Origin: Tricharina praecox
Taxonomy: Eukaryota
DNA: 64,000 bases
Assembly (NCBI RefSeq): GCF_024521635.1
Contig: NW_026250420.1
Span: 124,001-188,000 of the forward strand
Reading direction: 5' to 3'
Shown in pieces: positions 61,008 through 64,000 of the stretch. How positions within the stretch are numbered: position 1 is the first letter of the stretch; every line of letters starts with the position of its first letter. The translations under genes and the position numbers were made by a program. The notes under the pieces were generated by a model. It saw nothing but the letters and a program-made list of their open reading frames with translations. It was not told where the DNA came from and ran no database searches.

Positions 61008-63617
61008 AGGCCTGGCCGCCCGGGGGGCGTTACGTTTTTTCTTTTTTCCTTTTTTTTTTTAGAACATTATCAATAAACACACTTAAAAGCACTTGATATC
61101 CGCTTGATCATCACCGTAGATAGTGTAGTGCTTCCGTATCTAATCTTCTGCCAGGTGAATCAGCTTGAGCCTAGGTATTCGATGGAGATGTTCAAACTTT
61201 TGCCCAGCGGGACTCGCCACTGGTCACTCGTGCATGGGCATGGGCATTTAGGTTTGGTGAGGTGTCACTCGTTGGCTCGCACTGTGGTACGGCATGTACT
61301 TCAGTTCTATTTGTACGCTGTTGAGCGTGGAGTAGAGTAGAACGGTGTGAAATCTTGCCCGTCCTCATCTTGAAAACCGTTCCATTCTTTAGCTACTGTT
61401 CAGTAGGTAGCATGTTCTTTCTCCAGGGCTCCGCCCCGTACATCTCCACACGCAGGCGGCAGGATAGGTACTAGTTGTATCCACCATCCAACGCGATGTC
61501 AGCGAGGCATCGGGTAATACCGCTTTGGTTCGCTTTTGACTCTACTGTAAACATCATACGTCCCTGCCTATAGGGGGTAGCGACAGTCATCCTCACGGTT
61601 CACCTCGGGCTTCGACGGTGTCGGCCATCGCTTTTCCTTCACACGGTCGACCACTCGACGTTTCGAGGAATGAATCATACGTACGAGTTATCTCGTGGAA
61701 ACCAAGGTACGAACGGGGGAACATTACGTGGCCAAGAACACTTTTCGATGTGGTAGGTGCTCCAGCGGTCACGTATTTTGTTCGTTCTCAGTCGGTACTC
61801 CAGTACTTACCTTGTGCACCCCCGGCGAAAGCAGTCGGGGCATCTCGTCGAATCCCGATGCGTGACCCCGAACCTGAGCACACTACTCCACCAGGCACCA
61901 GGGCAGCCTGGGCCCTGGGCAGCCTGGGCATGGCAGGGCAGTTGTCGTTTGGTTATGCTTGGCCCCACCCCGCGTTTCCTGTTCCCCGTTCCCCGTTCCC
62001 CGTTTTCCTAGATCTCTAGGATAAACATGGCCGCGGGCCCTTGGGGGCGCTAAAAAAGCGGCATTCCTCCAGATCTCCAGAACTCCCGGCGGATCGGGAG
62101 CGGATGCCTCAGACCGGGGCTGCATACATAAATGGGTAAGTGTGCGCACGGCAGGGCACATGATCCGGGACAACACCAGCAGCAGGCTTCTTCAGGCGTC
62201 GACACCTGCAGAAATGCAAGCAAGCACGCAGGCAAGGGAAGAGACGGTTTCGATGAACAAGGGCCCGCCGAAGCGCGTTCCCGTCTCACTGAAGCCACAT
62301 TCCACGTGTGTGTGTCGTTGTGTAAATTGTGCTAGCACACCGCGTGGACCTCCTGAAGGCTGACGCTGGGTGAGCAGAGGCGCACTTTTCAAGTTTCGGG
62401 GCCCTGCCTGCCTGCGCCACTTCACCGCAATGGGGAGGATTCGGGGATCTGCCCAGTGCCAGTCAAGTCAGTCCTTTGCCCAGTCAGTTCTTTGCCGGCC
62501 AGCCACCAATCCTGCACCCACCAAGCGTCATGCAGGCGACAGTTGTTCAATTCCCACGCTCCAACGCCCCACACACTTTTCCTAATTGCCGAGCCATCAT
62601 GCCTGCTCTTCTGCTTGCGTTGCCAACGTGTCTTGCTCAGGGTTTTCCGGGAGGTGGAGAAAAGGGTTGCTGGGTGGCTGGCTGAGTGGATGGCAGAGTG
62701 GACGAGAGTGGTGGAGAGAGAGAGAACTTTCTGTCGCACAGAGCGAATGGTCTGTAACTATAGTAATAGTACGGTACTCTATCTACTGTACGCAGAGTTG
62801 TCTTTGTCTTCGCCTTCATCATCATCGTCCTCCTTCCCTCCAGCTCCGCTCCTCCTCCTGCGTCCTCATCGACAATCGAATCACCAACCCCGCATATCCC
62901 GACCGTACTCCACTCTTCGCCGTAACCGAACCTGTCGACAGTGGCCACGACATCTTCGCTTCCGCGCCGCGCACACGCCAACCTCGACTGGCTGCTTTTC
63001 GTCCATCGCACCAACTCTACATACTGGTAATTACCCCCCCACCCCCCGGCCGCCCGCCGCCGCCGCTCCCTTTCATCTCGAAAAAGTTCGACGACTACCG
63101 ACGACCGACAACGAAACGAAACGAAATTCCGTGAGTGAGCCGTAACTGACATTCGGCGCAGTCCTCCGCCTGCCCGGTGCCTGGATGAGGGGTTTTTCGA
63201 GCTTCGAACACGCTTCGGTCCCATCCCTCTGCTTCGCCACATACCCTTTCATCACCGGATCCTGGGTGTGCGCGGTACAGGTGTAGATTGTCCGGCCCTG
63301 TAAGTGTGCATTTCTTCAGTCTTCCCTTTCTACAGCCATCAGCACCTCCACCTCCACCAACTCCACCGCCATTCCCCAAGAAAGAACTCCTGTGCCTTTC
63401 GAAAGTAGCACATGCTCACCTGCTGCCTGTGTCCACTTCTTTCACTCGCTTGTTCCCGCCGCTAATTGCATCGCGCTGTGCTCATGACAAACCAGTCCTT
63501 GCCAACCCTCCAGCCGTCCCGTCCACCACACTCCACGCGAGACCCCTTTTCGTCCCCACCGAGCCAAGCACGCCGCTTTTTGCCGTTCAGGGGCCCAGCA
63601 CTTCTACTACCGCAGCT

Positions 63618-64000
63618 ATGTCTTCCGAAGGGGCGCCTCCTCACCCCCGAATCTCCGCAACTCCACAAGGCTTCAACACCTCCATGTTCGACGACCCTCC
63701 CGTACTGTCACCGAGCAAACTCCGTTCACGAACACGATCCCGATCGGCCGAGCCAGCGTCGCGAACAGCCCGTCTGACGAACCTCGTCAATGCCCCGTTT
63801 CTGCCGCAGCAGCAGCCACCACCATCACCACCCGACACAGCCACCAACGAACAGAACGGTAACGGCGTAATATACCGGAGAGATCTTCCGCCGCCTCCTC
63901 CTCCTACTCGAGCCCCTCCCGCCGTCCCTACTACTACCGGCGCCGCAGAACAGAAGATACTCCCCAGGCTTGCTGATAGAGTCATGGATGTGAAGCGGGG
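63618..64000 (+). CDS. 5' part of an unidentified gene with a Pro-rich N-terminus, running off the window
   Basis: Open frame from ATG 63618 (MSSEGAPPHPRISATPQGFNTSMFDDPPVLSPSK...) to the window end, preceded by a long pyrimidine-rich leader with possible 5'-UTR introns. Confidence 0.55.
   Translation, partial: MSSEGAPPHPRISATPQGFNTSMFDDPPVLSPSKLRSRTRSRSAEPASRTARLTNLVNAPFLPQQQPPPSPPDTATNEQNGNGVIYRRDLPPPPPPTRAPPAVPTTTGAAEQKILPRLADRVMDVKR

Overview
Eukaryotic, intron-containing fungal genomic DNA with GT..AG introns and CTRAC/CTAAC branch points. It is a filamentous ascomycete; a Pezizomycete is my inference from the style of the genes and repeats. The window is very rich in microsatellites. 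The supplied ORF track ignores introns, so I rebuilt gene models by hand. Apparently intact genes: an FlbA/Sst2-type DEP-RGS regulator, CDC73, an aldo-keto reductase, a PTH11-like/rhodopsin-domain membrane protein, an NAD(P)-binding Rossmann protein, a Zn2Cys6 transcription factor, a CHIP/STUB1-like TPR/U-box ligase, a GPI-anchored Ser/Thr-rich protein, a small secreted Cys-rich protein, a gene ending in a GPF-motif plus chromodomain, and several small orphans. Decayed genes: an internally deleted DDX60-like helicase, an S10 carboxypeptidase, and an unknown protein built from two ~300-aa repeats. Mobile DNA: two 5'-truncated fungal LINEs with exact target-site duplications, whose tails (poly-A and poly-C) match the first base of their own targets; a ~1 kb TGT..ACA TIR element plus a half copy; and a 61-bp TA-flanked foldback. 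The 52.3-61.2 kb segment is a dynamic head-to-tail array of small acidic-protein genes. I recognised no tRNA, rRNA or CRISPR array. All family assignments are from motif recognition, not database searches.
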